From an uncultured Coxiellaceae bacterium (GTDB taxonomy: Bacteria; Pseudomonadota; Gammaproteobacteria; DSM-16500), in the NCBI GenBank assembly GCA_964511095.1, contig CAZEEF010000002.1, positions 1 through 31,148 of the forward strand: 31,148 nucleotides of DNA, given 5' to 3'. The notes under the pieces are model-generated. The model searched no databases. It was not told the DNA's origin and worked only from the letters and a program-made list of their open reading frames with translations. Positions within the stretch are counted from its first letter, which is position 1; each line of letters begins with the position of its first letter. Below are positions 9,419 through 17,846 of this stretch, one piece after another. Both the position numbers and the translations under genes were made by a program.

Positions 9419-10249
9419 ATGAACAAGTTAGAACAAGAAATGACTGCATTGCTGAATGATTTAAAAGCAAACTTTCATGTTACCGGTATTAAAGCTGAAT
9501 TTGAAGCCGAAGGGACACGATTGGAAGAAGCGATGCGTCTTAAGGATGTTACGGCAGCGGCGGGCTTGGGATTAAATATCAAAATTGGTGGCTGTGAAGC
9601 GATGAAAGACATGCTGGACGCCGTCAGTTTAGGTGCTGAACGTATTATTGCACCCATGGTCGAAACGCCTTATGCCTTGAAAAAATTTATTAAAGCAGCG
9701 CAACTTATTTATCGTGATTCTCTGGATCAGGTTGATTTACTGGTTAACATTGAAACCGTGACTGCTTATGAAAATTTCAAAGAAATGTTAAAAATTCCTG
9801 AAATCAAATATTTAAATGGTATTGTGGTGGGTCGTGTTGATATGGTGGGTTCATTAGACATGGGTCGCGATACGATTAATGGTCAAAAAGTTTTAGATCT
9901 TACTTTGGATTTGGCGAAGCAAGCAAAAGATAAAGGTTTAAGCGTCGTTGTTGGTGGTGGTGTGTCTGTTGATTCCATCCCATTCTTTAAAGCATTTCCC
10001 AAAGGTCATTTAGATCGCTTTGAAACTCGAAAAGTGATTTTTAGTTGCCCTCAAGCGATTAATAATCCGGAAGAGGCGTTTATTAAAGCCGTTAAATTTG
10101 AATTGATGTGGCTGAATAATAAGCGGGCTCATTATAGTTCGATTGCGCGTGAGGATGAAGACAGGATTATAATGATGGAAAATCGCTATAAGAAGTCTCT
10201 CGAAAAAATAAAAAACAACGCCTTTGAAAATACTGAAGTAGTTGTATAA
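9419..10249 (+). CDS. HpcH/HpaI aldolase / citrate lyase beta family protein
   Basis: PMVETPYAL, NIET, GRVDM match the Mg-dependent class II pyruvate aldolase barrel; GGAG ribosome binding site upstream. Confidence 0.75.
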   Translation: MNKLEQEMTALLNDLKANFHVTGIKAEFEAEGTRLEEAMRLKDVTAAAGLGLNIKIGGCEAMKDMLDAVSLGAERIIAPMVETPYALKKFIKAAQLIYRDSLDQVDLLVNIETVTAYENFKEMLKIPEIKYLNGIVVGRVDMVGSLDMGRDTINGQKVLDLTLDLAKQAKDKGLSVVVGGGVSVDSIPFFKAFPKGHLDRFETRKVIFSCPQAINNPEEAFIKAVKFELMWLNNKRAHYSSIAREDEDRIIMMENRYKKSLEKIKNNAFENTEVVV

Positions 10250-10267
10250 GCATTGCTTAATTTGGAA

Positions 10268-10309
10268 AGAGTCCTTGAGAGGAGGTGTTAAGCGCTTCTT
10301 AAGGATTTT
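10268..10309 (+). terminator. Putative intrinsic terminator / hairpin after the first operon
   Basis: TCCTTGAGAGG (10272-10282) pairs with CTTCTTAAGGA (10295-10305) as 11 bp with two G-U pairs and a 12 nt loop, followed by TTTT. Confidence 0.4.
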
Positions 10310-10360
10310 CTGTACAAGAATTTTTTTCAACTGTTTTCAAATAATGATTATCTAATTTAT

Positions 10361-12202
10361 ATGAAACTGAGCACTTCTAATAAAAATCTTCTGAACACAT
10401 TTTATTTGTTCGTCATACTCATTATTACTTCGCTCTATGTTGTATTATTTTGGAATCTTCCTCTGAGTGAAGATGCGGGCTACTATGCTTTTCTCTCAAA
10501 AATAATGTCACAGGGCGCCGTTTTGCATAATGATATACCTGCGACGACAAATAGCTTGCTGTTATATTTGACTACTGCTGCATTCAAAATTTTTGGCGAT
10601 ACGAAATTCATTTTTAGAATGATCTATGCACTAGGCTATCTATTGCTCATAGCGGGCGTTTACAAATTAGTAAGCAAACAACGTTCCTTGCATGAAGCTT
10701 TTATTGCTAGTTTGTTATGTGCCGTACTGGTCATGATTCCACATGTGATGTTGGATTTGGGGCGGAATCAAATTATTTGGTGTCTTGCTTTCATTGTTAT
10801 TGGATTTCACTTAAAACTTAATCTTCATAAAAATTTTTTTTCAGGATTTTGTTTTGCTATTTCTGCGTTGATGCGTGAAACTTTTTTAATTGTTTTAGTT
10901 GCTTTATCGATTGTTTTATTTTTTCAAATAATGATTAATAGAAAAAATGAACAACGATCTGATTTGATAAAAGAATATATTTATTTTATTAGCGGGGCTT
11001 GTTCAGGATTATTCATTAATGTTTTGCTTCTGACATACTATCATTCTTGGGGAAGTTACTTTATTGATATGTTGCAGTCAGGGGTGTCTTTTAGATATAA
11101 AAAAGATGCTCTAATAACATCTGTATTGCAAAATCTTCATCAATTTAAATATGGGCTTCGCCATTATTACAGACCATTTATTATTTTTTCTGCATTATCA
11201 TATTATTATTTTCCAAAAAAAGGCTCGCTCATTTTTTGGGTGCAATATTTTCTTTTACCCATTTTCTTTATTGAAGCGGTTGTGATAAATCGTACCCAGA
11301 CATACAGTATTGCGCCAATGCTATTGATTTTTGCAATACTGAGTTCTTACTTCTTTGTTAAAGTGTATGAAAATATCTTGCGAGCTCGAATCAAACTATT
11401 TTGGAAATATCTATTCGGTGTATTTGTCATTTGTATAATGATTCTTATGCGTCCCTATTTTTATGACATGTATTCTAATTATCATAGTTATTATGTTTTG
11501 TTAGCATTAACCGACAAAAAACAAACGAATAACTGGGTAACAGATCGAGTTGAAAATGTAATCACTGCGCTTCCGCCAACAAAAAAAATGGCCGTTAATT
11601 CGATGTATTCTTTGTTATTCGAAATTAACGAACCGATTGAATATGGATTTCCTTATTTATACGATTTATCGGCACCCAATAATTTGGGTCGGAAAATATT
11701 AGCGGAAGCTCAAATAAAAGCGATTGCTCAACAAGATATAGACATTGTGATTCTTAAAGATGCGCAAAAGACTCCAACGAAAGATTTTAAAGAATATATT
11801 ACAATAGCAGATTTTCCAAAATCACAAGCATCGACTATTCAACCGTATAAAAATACTATTTTGTTAAGTCGTCAGTTTTTTAAGCGGTATTTTTATAAAA
11901 CTCTTTCATTTCGTCATCATGACTTGAATCATGTTATACGAATTAGTAATGATAAATCAGAGGCAATGCTTATACGAATCAAGACATCATCCATCCATTG
12001 TTTAGCAGGACTTCGAGTGAAAAGTGGATTGAGCCAGATCAGTTATGACCCTGACAGTTATAAAAATGCAGAGTTATTTTCAATCATTTTGCCACATGAT
12101 ACTGCTATCATCGATCAAGGTAAGCTGTGCCATAGAGAAAATTCTTTTATTGACGTTGATCTTTATAAAATTCGATCTGATGGAGTAGTAAAATTATCAT
12201 GA
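10361..12202 (+). CDS. Polytopic membrane protein, probable GT-C (ArnT/PMT-like) glycosyltransferase
   Basis: First TM followed by EDAGYY..L...M..G..L..D loop typical of GT-C enzymes using lipid-phosphate sugar donors; many TM segments and a soluble C-terminal domain. Confidence 0.6.
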   Translation: MKLSTSNKNLLNTFYLFVILIITSLYVVLFWNLPLSEDAGYYAFLSKIMSQGAVLHNDIPATTNSLLLYLTTAAFKIFGDTKFIFRMIYALGYLLLIAGVYKLVSKQRSLHEAFIASLLCAVLVMIPHVMLDLGRNQIIWCLAFIVIGFHLKLNLHKNFFSGFCFAISALMRETFLIVLVALSIVLFFQIMINRKNEQRSDLIKEYIYFISGACSGLFINVLLLTYYHSWGSYFIDMLQSGVSFRYKKDALITSVLQNLHQFKYGLRHYYRPFIIFSALSYYYFPKKGSLIFWVQYFLLPIFFIEAVVINRTQTYSIAPMLLIFAILSSYFFVKVYENILRARIKLFWKYLFGVFVICIMILMRPYFYDMYSNYHSYYVLLALTDKKQTNNWVTDRVENVITALPPTKKMAVNSMYSLLFEINEPIEYGFPYLYDLSAPNNLGRKILAEAQIKAIAQQDIDIVILKDAQKTPTKDFKEYITIADFPKSQASTIQPYKNTILLSRQFFKRYFYKTLSFRHHDLNHVIRISNDKSEAMLIRIKTSSIHCLAGLRVKSGLSQISYDPDSYKNAELFSIILPHDTAIIDQGKLCHRENSFIDVDLYKIRSDGVVKLS

Positions 12203-13293
12203 AACCGATACTACCCCGAATCAAAAAATATCTAATAAAATACAAGATTTTTAGGCCATATTTAAAACAATATATTCAAAAAAATGGTTATATATTCGGT
12301 TATTTAACGCTAATCAAAATTGTTATTGGAGATGGGCTTAGAAGCATTTATCGCCAATTAGTAGCGTTTGAAAATCAAACCATTCAAAATACACTAACTA
12401 TATTAAATAAAGAAGAAATTCATTCCTGTCTGTATGTGATTGTTGCTCCGGATTATATATCCAGTTCTGCTGGAATTCATTGTCTTTATAAGCTCTGCCA
12501 TGATCTAAGAAAAAAAGGGTATACTGCAGGAATTTATGGTTCCAATGTGACACCAGACACGTTAGATGCACCCTTAATTCCAGAAAAATATGCCAAAGAG
12601 ATTCGTTTAAACGATGCTGCTTGGGTTGTTTATCCAGAAACAATCCTGGGAAATCCACTTAAATTTAAAAACGTAGCAAGATGGGTCCTTAATAGACCTG
12701 GTTTGTTGGGTGGCGATGAGGTTTATCATCCCGAGGAGAAGATATTCGTATACTCTAATGTTTATGTGCCGTATGTAAAAAACACTATACAAGGTAAACT
12801 TTATATGCCATCGTTCGATGGCACGGTTTTTTATCCACCCAAAGAGGAATATTTTTCAAAAAATCATCGCCAATTAGCATGTTATTACGTGGGTAAATCA
12901 ACTTATAAGGACGGCTATTTTGATAAAAAAGAAACATTTGAAATCACCCGCTCTAGCCCTGCGAAACAAGAGTTAGGTAAATTATTTCGATCAGCAAAAA
13001 TTTTATATTCGTTTGATAACAGTACAGCTCTCATTTACGAAGCAATAGCATGTGGTTGTCCGGTACAAATTATTCCGGATGGAACCCAGACCTGGGAAGA
13101 TTATGAAAAACTGGAATGGGGGACTACGGGAATATTTTGGGATAAGCCTGTGGTTGATTTAAAATGGACTGATGCGAATCTTTTAATAGAGAAAATCAAG
13201 CTCACAAATGACCGGTATAAGTTAGAATTAGATAATTTTATTGAGAAAACAGTTGGCGGAAATTATCTAAGAAATATTATTTTAGAAAAATAG
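12199..13293 (+). CDS. Soluble glycosyltransferase-like protein (resembles WavQ-like hypothetical proteins of LPS loci)
   Basis: APDY..SSAGIHCLYKLCH.L, VYPE...GNPL....ARWVLN.PG and a GT-B-like C-terminal EA..CGCPV motif. Family recalled from memory, not searched. Confidence 0.45.
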   Translation: MKPILPRIKKYLIKYKIFRPYLKQYIQKNGYIFGYLTLIKIVIGDGLRSIYRQLVAFENQTIQNTLTILNKEEIHSCLYVIVAPDYISSSAGIHCLYKLCHDLRKKGYTAGIYGSNVTPDTLDAPLIPEKYAKEIRLNDAAWVVYPETILGNPLKFKNVARWVLNRPGLLGGDEVYHPEEKIFVYSNVYVPYVKNTIQGKLYMPSFDGTVFYPPKEEYFSKNHRQLACYYVGKSTYKDGYFDKKETFEITRSSPAKQELGKLFRSAKILYSFDNSTALIYEAIACGCPVQIIPDGTQTWEDYEKLEWGTTGIFWDKPVVDLKWTDANLLIEKIKLTNDRYKLELDNFIEKTVGGNYLRNIILEK

Positions 13294-13316
13294 CTTACAT
13301 TAAGGAATACTCACAA

Positions 13317-15062
13317 ATGGAGTTTGCTAGATTAACAAAAAATCTAAAGAATGATTTTTCAGCTTTTCAAAAAATCAAATTAGCTATTCTGAGTGACTCC
13401 ACTTTGCAGTTTCTTTCCATGGCAATCAAAGGGTATGGTTATGAAATAGGTTATGATTTTGAGATTTATGAAGCTCCGTATGGTCAAGTGGAAAGCGAAT
13501 TACTGGATTCTTCCTCAGAGCTTTATCATTTAAAACCCGATTTTATTTTGATATTTTATTCCGCACAGAAACAATTAGAAAAATTTAATTTGCTTGATAC
13601 CAATGAAAGAGAACATTTTTCCGATCATCATATTGAACGAATTCAGGAATTGTATAACGCCGTTATATCGCATAATAAAACATGTAAAATACTATATGCA
13701 AATTATGCTGAAATATCAGAATCTGTCTTTGGTAATTATTCAAATAAACTGATTTTTTCTTTCGAGTATCAATTAAGAAAATTAAATTTTGATTTAATGA
13801 ATTTGAGTCAACGATTGTCAAATTTTTATATTAACGATTTGGCAAAATTGCAAGCTTATTATGGGTCACAATTATTTTTTGATTCAAGAATGTATGTCAC
13901 TGCTGATTTGGCATATAGTATAGATATTCTCCCTGCGATTGCGAAAAATACGGCTGATATCATCAATGCTCATATGGGTAAATTTAAAAAATGCCTGATT
14001 TTGGATTTGGATAATACACTATGGGGTGGTGTGATTGGTGATGATGGACTTGAAGGAATTGAAATCGGAAATTACGGTATAGGTAAAGCTTATCTCGGAT
14101 TTCAACACTGGATTAAGCAATTAAAACAACGTGGAATTATCCTGGCCATTTGTAGTCAAAATCAGGAAGACATAGCGAAACTTCCTTTTTTAAATCATCC
14201 GGAAATGATATTAAAATTAGATGATATATCCCTATTTGTTGCTAATTGGGGAAGCAAGGCTGACAATATTAAATATATTCAAAGCATATTGAATATTGAT
14301 TTTAACTCTATGGTGTTTGTAGACGATGATTCATATCAGCGTAATTTGATAAAAAAATACTTGCCGGATGTTGTTGTGCCTGAATTACCACAGGACCCAT
14401 CAGAGTATGTTCCTTTTTTGGCGAATCTTAATTTATTTGAAGTATCCACTTATAGTGAAGAAGATAAAAATCGAAATCAATTTTATCAAGAGGAAGCTAA
14501 TCGAACTAAATTAAAAGAATCATTTTCAAACGAATCAGATTACCTGGAAAGTCTGCAAATGGATGCATCTATTTTGTCATTTAATGAATTTACTCTACCC
14601 AGGGTTTCTCAGTTAATACAAAGAACTAATCAGTTTAATCTGAGAACAATTCGCTATAGTGAAGAAGAATTGAAAAATATGCTCGATGCTAAAGAAGCTA
14701 TTCCATTTGCATTTTCTTTAAAAGATAAATATGGAAATCACGGTATTGTGAGTGTCATTATTTTGAAAGTAGATGAGGCAAAACAAGTATTAATTGATAC
14801 CTGGCTCATGAGTTGTCGTGTCTTAAAAAGAGGGCTTGAAGATCTTGTTTTGGATTGCATAGTAAACCTTGCAAAAATTCACGGTTATTCTAAACTTATC
14901 GGCGAATATATTCCGACTAAAAAAAATATATTAGTTAATAAACATTATCAGAAAATGGGATTCAATCAGGATGTCGATCAATGGTATCTTGAATTGCAAG
15001 ATTATGTACCTAAAAAACATTTTATAACGTTATCAGGATGGGATGAATATGCAATTTCTTGA
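13317..15062 (+). CDS. FkbH-like HAD-IIIC protein (glyceryl-ACP synthase) with N-terminal extension and C-terminal GNAT-like domain
   Basis: KCLILDLDNTLWGGVIGDDG (DxDxT), NWGSKADNI, FVDD, R..QL..RTNQFNL, DKYG..G, WLMSCRVL (thioester Cys). Confidence 0.9.
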   Translation: MEFARLTKNLKNDFSAFQKIKLAILSDSTLQFLSMAIKGYGYEIGYDFEIYEAPYGQVESELLDSSSELYHLKPDFILIFYSAQKQLEKFNLLDTNEREHFSDHHIERIQELYNAVISHNKTCKILYANYAEISESVFGNYSNKLIFSFEYQLRKLNFDLMNLSQRLSNFYINDLAKLQAYYGSQLFFDSRMYVTADLAYSIDILPAIAKNTADIINAHMGKFKKCLILDLDNTLWGGVIGDDGLEGIEIGNYGIGKAYLGFQHWIKQLKQRGIILAICSQNQEDIAKLPFLNHPEMILKLDDISLFVANWGSKADNIKYIQSILNIDFNSMVFVDDDSYQRNLIKKYLPDVVVPELPQDPSEYVPFLANLNLFEVSTYSEEDKNRNQFYQEEANRTKLKESFSNESDYLESLQMDASILSFNEFTLPRVSQLIQRTNQFNLRTIRYSEEELKNMLDAKEAIPFAFSLKDKYGNHGIVSVIILKVDEAKQVLIDTWLMSCRVLKRGLEDLVLDCIVNLAKIHGYSKLIGEYIPTKKNILVNKHYQKMGFNQDVDQWYLELQDYVPKKHFITLSGWDEYAIS

Positions 15063-15294
15063 TGTATTAAAAGAAATTAATGAAATTTTTATTAATGTAT
15101 TAGATGACGAAAGCATAGTGATTAAACCAGAAACCACCGCAAATGATATTGATGCGTGGGATTCATTAAATAATATACAATTGGTTGTTGCTATTGAAAA
15201 ACGTTTTAAAGTACGGTTTACCACAGGTGATATCTATTCCTGGAAAAACGTGGGTGACATGTGTAAGGCTATTACTGAAAAGTGTGTAGCATGA
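15043..15294 (+). CDS. Acyl carrier protein
   Basis: 83 aa acidic protein with WDSL phosphopantetheine motif and L...IE..F; directly after FkbH. ATG 15049 is an alternative start. Confidence 0.9.
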   Translation: MNMQFLDVLKEINEIFINVLDDESIVIKPETTANDIDAWDSLNNIQLVVAIEKRFKVRFTTGDIYSWKNVGDMCKAITEKCVA

Positions 15295-15683
15295 TGAAAC
15301 TTGATGATCAATTTCATTTAGATATGATGGTCACTCCGAAAATATATCAAGGTTTTATCAATGTTTTTGAAGACAAAAATTGTCTGCACACAGGTAAAGA
15401 ATATGCTATTTCAAAAGGATTTAAAGATGTTGTCATGCATGGTAATATTTTGAATGGATTTGTTTCCTATTTTATTGGAGAATGCCTTCCCATAAAAAAT
15501 GTAATTATTCATTCTCAGGAAATTAAATATTACAAGCCTGTGTATCTTAATAATCTTTTGAAGTTTTATGCTGTTATCACAGATGAGATTTCATCGGTCA
15601 ATGTATTTATTTTTTCTTTTTATTTTGAAAATGAAGAAAAAATAAAAGTGGCTAAAGGGAAAATACAAATAGGAGTATTGTAA
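15291..15683 (+). CDS. MaoC-like hotdog-fold dehydratase
   Basis: F...D.N.LH....YA...GF....HG hydratase-2 motif and P.Y; ATG 15291 overlaps the ACP stop (ATGA). Confidence 0.8.
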   Translation: MMKLDDQFHLDMMVTPKIYQGFINVFEDKNCLHTGKEYAISKGFKDVVMHGNILNGFVSYFIGECLPIKNVIIHSQEIKYYKPVYLNNLLKFYAVITDEISSVNVFIFSFYFENEEKIKVAKGKIQIGVL

Positions 15684-15684
15684 T

Positions 15685-16404
15685 ATTAATATTCTACTGA
15701 CAGGCGGTGCATCAGGTTTAGGGAAAGCAATTACAGATAAATTAGCTTCTTTCCAGGATAATAAAGTATTTTTTACTTATTGTAATTCTGCTGAATCAGC
15801 TAAACAAATTGAGTCTCGATTCCCTAATACGAAGTCCATTTATTGTGATTTTAAAGATTCACAATCGATCACGAGCTTGTGTCAACAAATACCCGAAATG
15901 GACTTGCATGCATTGGTCAATAATGCTTATATGCCATTTAGTAATAATTATTTTCATAAATTGGATGCTGATTATTTTAATAATAGCTTTTCTAATAATA
16001 TTGTACCCATTATTCAGGTGACTCAAAAAGCGATTGAATGTTTTCGTAAAAAAAAATCGGGCAAGATCATTAATGTAACGACTTCTTTTTTGGTGAATAA
16101 ACCGCCTTTAGGATTATCAGCATATGTGGCTGAAAAGGCCTATTTGGCTTCATTGAGTAAAGCATGGGCAAATGAAAACGCCTCTTTTAATATTACCTCA
16201 AATTGCATTGCGCCATCCATGATGTTAACACCTTTTACTCAGAGTATTGATGAACGAGTGATAGAAAATATAACGCAATCGCATCCCTTGAAGCGCTTGT
16301 TAACGACGGATGAAACATCTGATACGATATGGTTTCTTTTGCAGGCATCCCAGCATGTGAATGGTGTGACATTGGTGGTGAATGGGGGAGTGGATGTTAT
16401 TTAA
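15685..16404 (+). CDS. Short-chain dehydrogenase/reductase (ketoreductase); lacks a canonical start codon, probable ATT start
   Basis: Frame is open from 15673 and reads (I)NILLTGGASGLGKAIT...LVNNA...YVAEK...SNCIAP...VNGG. The ORF track (15877) misses the Rossmann motif. AGGAG at 15671-15675 is 9 nt before ATT 15685. Confidence 0.8.
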   Translation: MNILLTGGASGLGKAITDKLASFQDNKVFFTYCNSAESAKQIESRFPNTKSIYCDFKDSQSITSLCQQIPEMDLHALVNNAYMPFSNNYFHKLDADYFNNSFSNNIVPIIQVTQKAIECFRKKKSGKIINVTTSFLVNKPPLGLSAYVAEKAYLASLSKAWANENASFNITSNCIAPSMMLTPFTQSIDERVIENITQSHPLKRLLTTDETSDTIWFLLQASQHVNGVTLVVNGGVDVI

Positions 16405-17824
16405 TTCATGGAATTTTTTGCTTTTTTTTATTTCAGTTACAACCTTATACTTTCTTTTTTCTCATCCTTATAGATGGTTCATTCTGCTGACTGCAAGCTG
16501 TTTTTTTTATATGATGTATATCCCTTCTTATATTCTCATATTAGCTTTTTTAATTATCATAGACTATTTTATGGCTTTATTAATTGAGCGATCCGATGCA
16601 AAGACGCGTAAATTTTTTCTCATTGTAAGCATCATTAGCATGTGCAGTATTTTATTTATGTTTAAATATTTTAATTTCTTTAATGTCAATATTACGCGTT
16701 TAGCAAATTTATTTCATTGGAATTATTCTTATACTGCCTTAAAAATTCTGTTGCCGCTAGGGTTATCTTTTCATACTTTTCAAAGTTTAAGTTATGTCAT
16801 TGAAGTTTATAAAGGGCATCAAAAGGCGGAAAAAAATCTAGGAATTTATGCTTTATATGTCATGTTTTACCCCCAACTTGTTGCAGGACCCATTGAACGT
16901 CCTCAAAATATGTTGCATCAATTTCATGAAAAAAAATCATTTGATACAGAGCGCGTGATTGAAGGTTTAGTGTTGATGGGGTGGGGCTTATTTAAAAAAA
17001 TAGTCATTGCAGATAACCTTGCTATTCTTGTCAATACTGTCTATAGCCAACCTGCTCATTATGTAGGAGCAGTGTTGATCATGGCAACTTTCTTTTTTGC
17101 CATACAAATTTATTGTGATTTTTCAGGATATACTGATATTGCCCGCGGTGCTGCAAAAGTGATGGGATTCAATTTGATGTTGAATTTCAATCATCCCTAT
17201 TTCGCAACCTCATTGTCTGATTATTGGAGACGATGGCATATCTCATTATCGACCTGGCTGCGCGACTATCTTTATACGCCTATTGTTTTGAATAAACGTT
17301 ATTGGGGTGTTTGGGGTGCTGTTTTTGCTTTAATGATTACTTTTGCAGTGAGCGGTCTTTGGCATGGCGCAAGCTGGACCTTTGTAGCGTGGGGAGTGTT
17401 ACATGGGATAGGTTTATCTGTTGAATTGCTTACCGCTTCATTTAGAAAAAAATATTTTAAAATTATTCCACGCTGGATATACAGTGCCATTAGTCTATTA
17501 TTTACTTTTAGCTTCGTAACATTTACTTATATTTTTTTTAGAGCACAATACATGTCTGATGCAATATACATTGTTCAGCATCTGTTTGAGAGTAGCAGTT
17601 GGGCGAATCCTATGATTGCCTGGCCTATCTATGATAGTAATCTTGCAATAGGGTTAGTATCACTTTTATTAGTTGTGGAGATTATGCAGCGATATATTAG
17701 CATTCAACAATTTAGACAATGGCACTGGATAATCAGACGGCCAGTGTATTATAGTTTTTTTGCAATGATAATAACCTTAGGTCAATGGTGCATACCCGCA
17801 CAATTTATTTATTTTCAATTTTAA
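16394..17824 (+). CDS. MBOAT-family membrane O-acyltransferase (AlgI/DltB/PatA-like)
   Basis: MLFNS..F start, LPLGLSFHTFQSLSY, FYPQLVAGPIER, YCDFSGYTD, YWRRWHISLS.WLRDYLY, SGLWHGA (catalytic His). Confidence 0.92.
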   Translation: MLFNSWNFLLFFISVTTLYFLFSHPYRWFILLTASCFFYMMYIPSYILILAFLIIIDYFMALLIERSDAKTRKFFLIVSIISMCSILFMFKYFNFFNVNITRLANLFHWNYSYTALKILLPLGLSFHTFQSLSYVIEVYKGHQKAEKNLGIYALYVMFYPQLVAGPIERPQNMLHQFHEKKSFDTERVIEGLVLMGWGLFKKIVIADNLAILVNTVYSQPAHYVGAVLIMATFFFAIQIYCDFSGYTDIARGAAKVMGFNLMLNFNHPYFATSLSDYWRRWHISLSTWLRDYLYTPIVLNKRYWGVWGAVFALMITFAVSGLWHGASWTFVAWGVLHGIGLSVELLTASFRKKYFKIIPRWIYSAISLLFTFSFVTFTYIFFRAQYMSDAIYIVQHLFESSSWANPMIAWPIYDSNLAIGLVSLLLVVEIMQRYISIQQFRQWHWIIRRPVYYSFFAMIITLGQWCIPAQFIYFQF

Positions 17825-17846
17825 TTTAAATGGAAAAGCAACCTAA

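Noticed and set aside
16048-16056. A9 run in the SDR and other A8/T8 runs (e.g. 16501-16508) as phase-variation tracts
   Set aside because: All are in frame in Lys/Phe-rich codons and expected in DNA this AT-rich; no long poly-G/C or short tandem repeat tract was seen.
15877-16404. Treating the 175 aa track ORF as a truncated SDR or frameshifted pseudogene
   Set aside because: The frame is open upstream through an intact TGGASGLG motif with no frameshift; only the start codon is atypical.
13317-16404. Interpreting FkbH/ACP/DH/KR as part of a polyketide or tetronate cluster
   Set aside because: No ketosynthase, FabH-like or NRPS gene in the window; the downstream partners are MBOAT and SGNH proteins.
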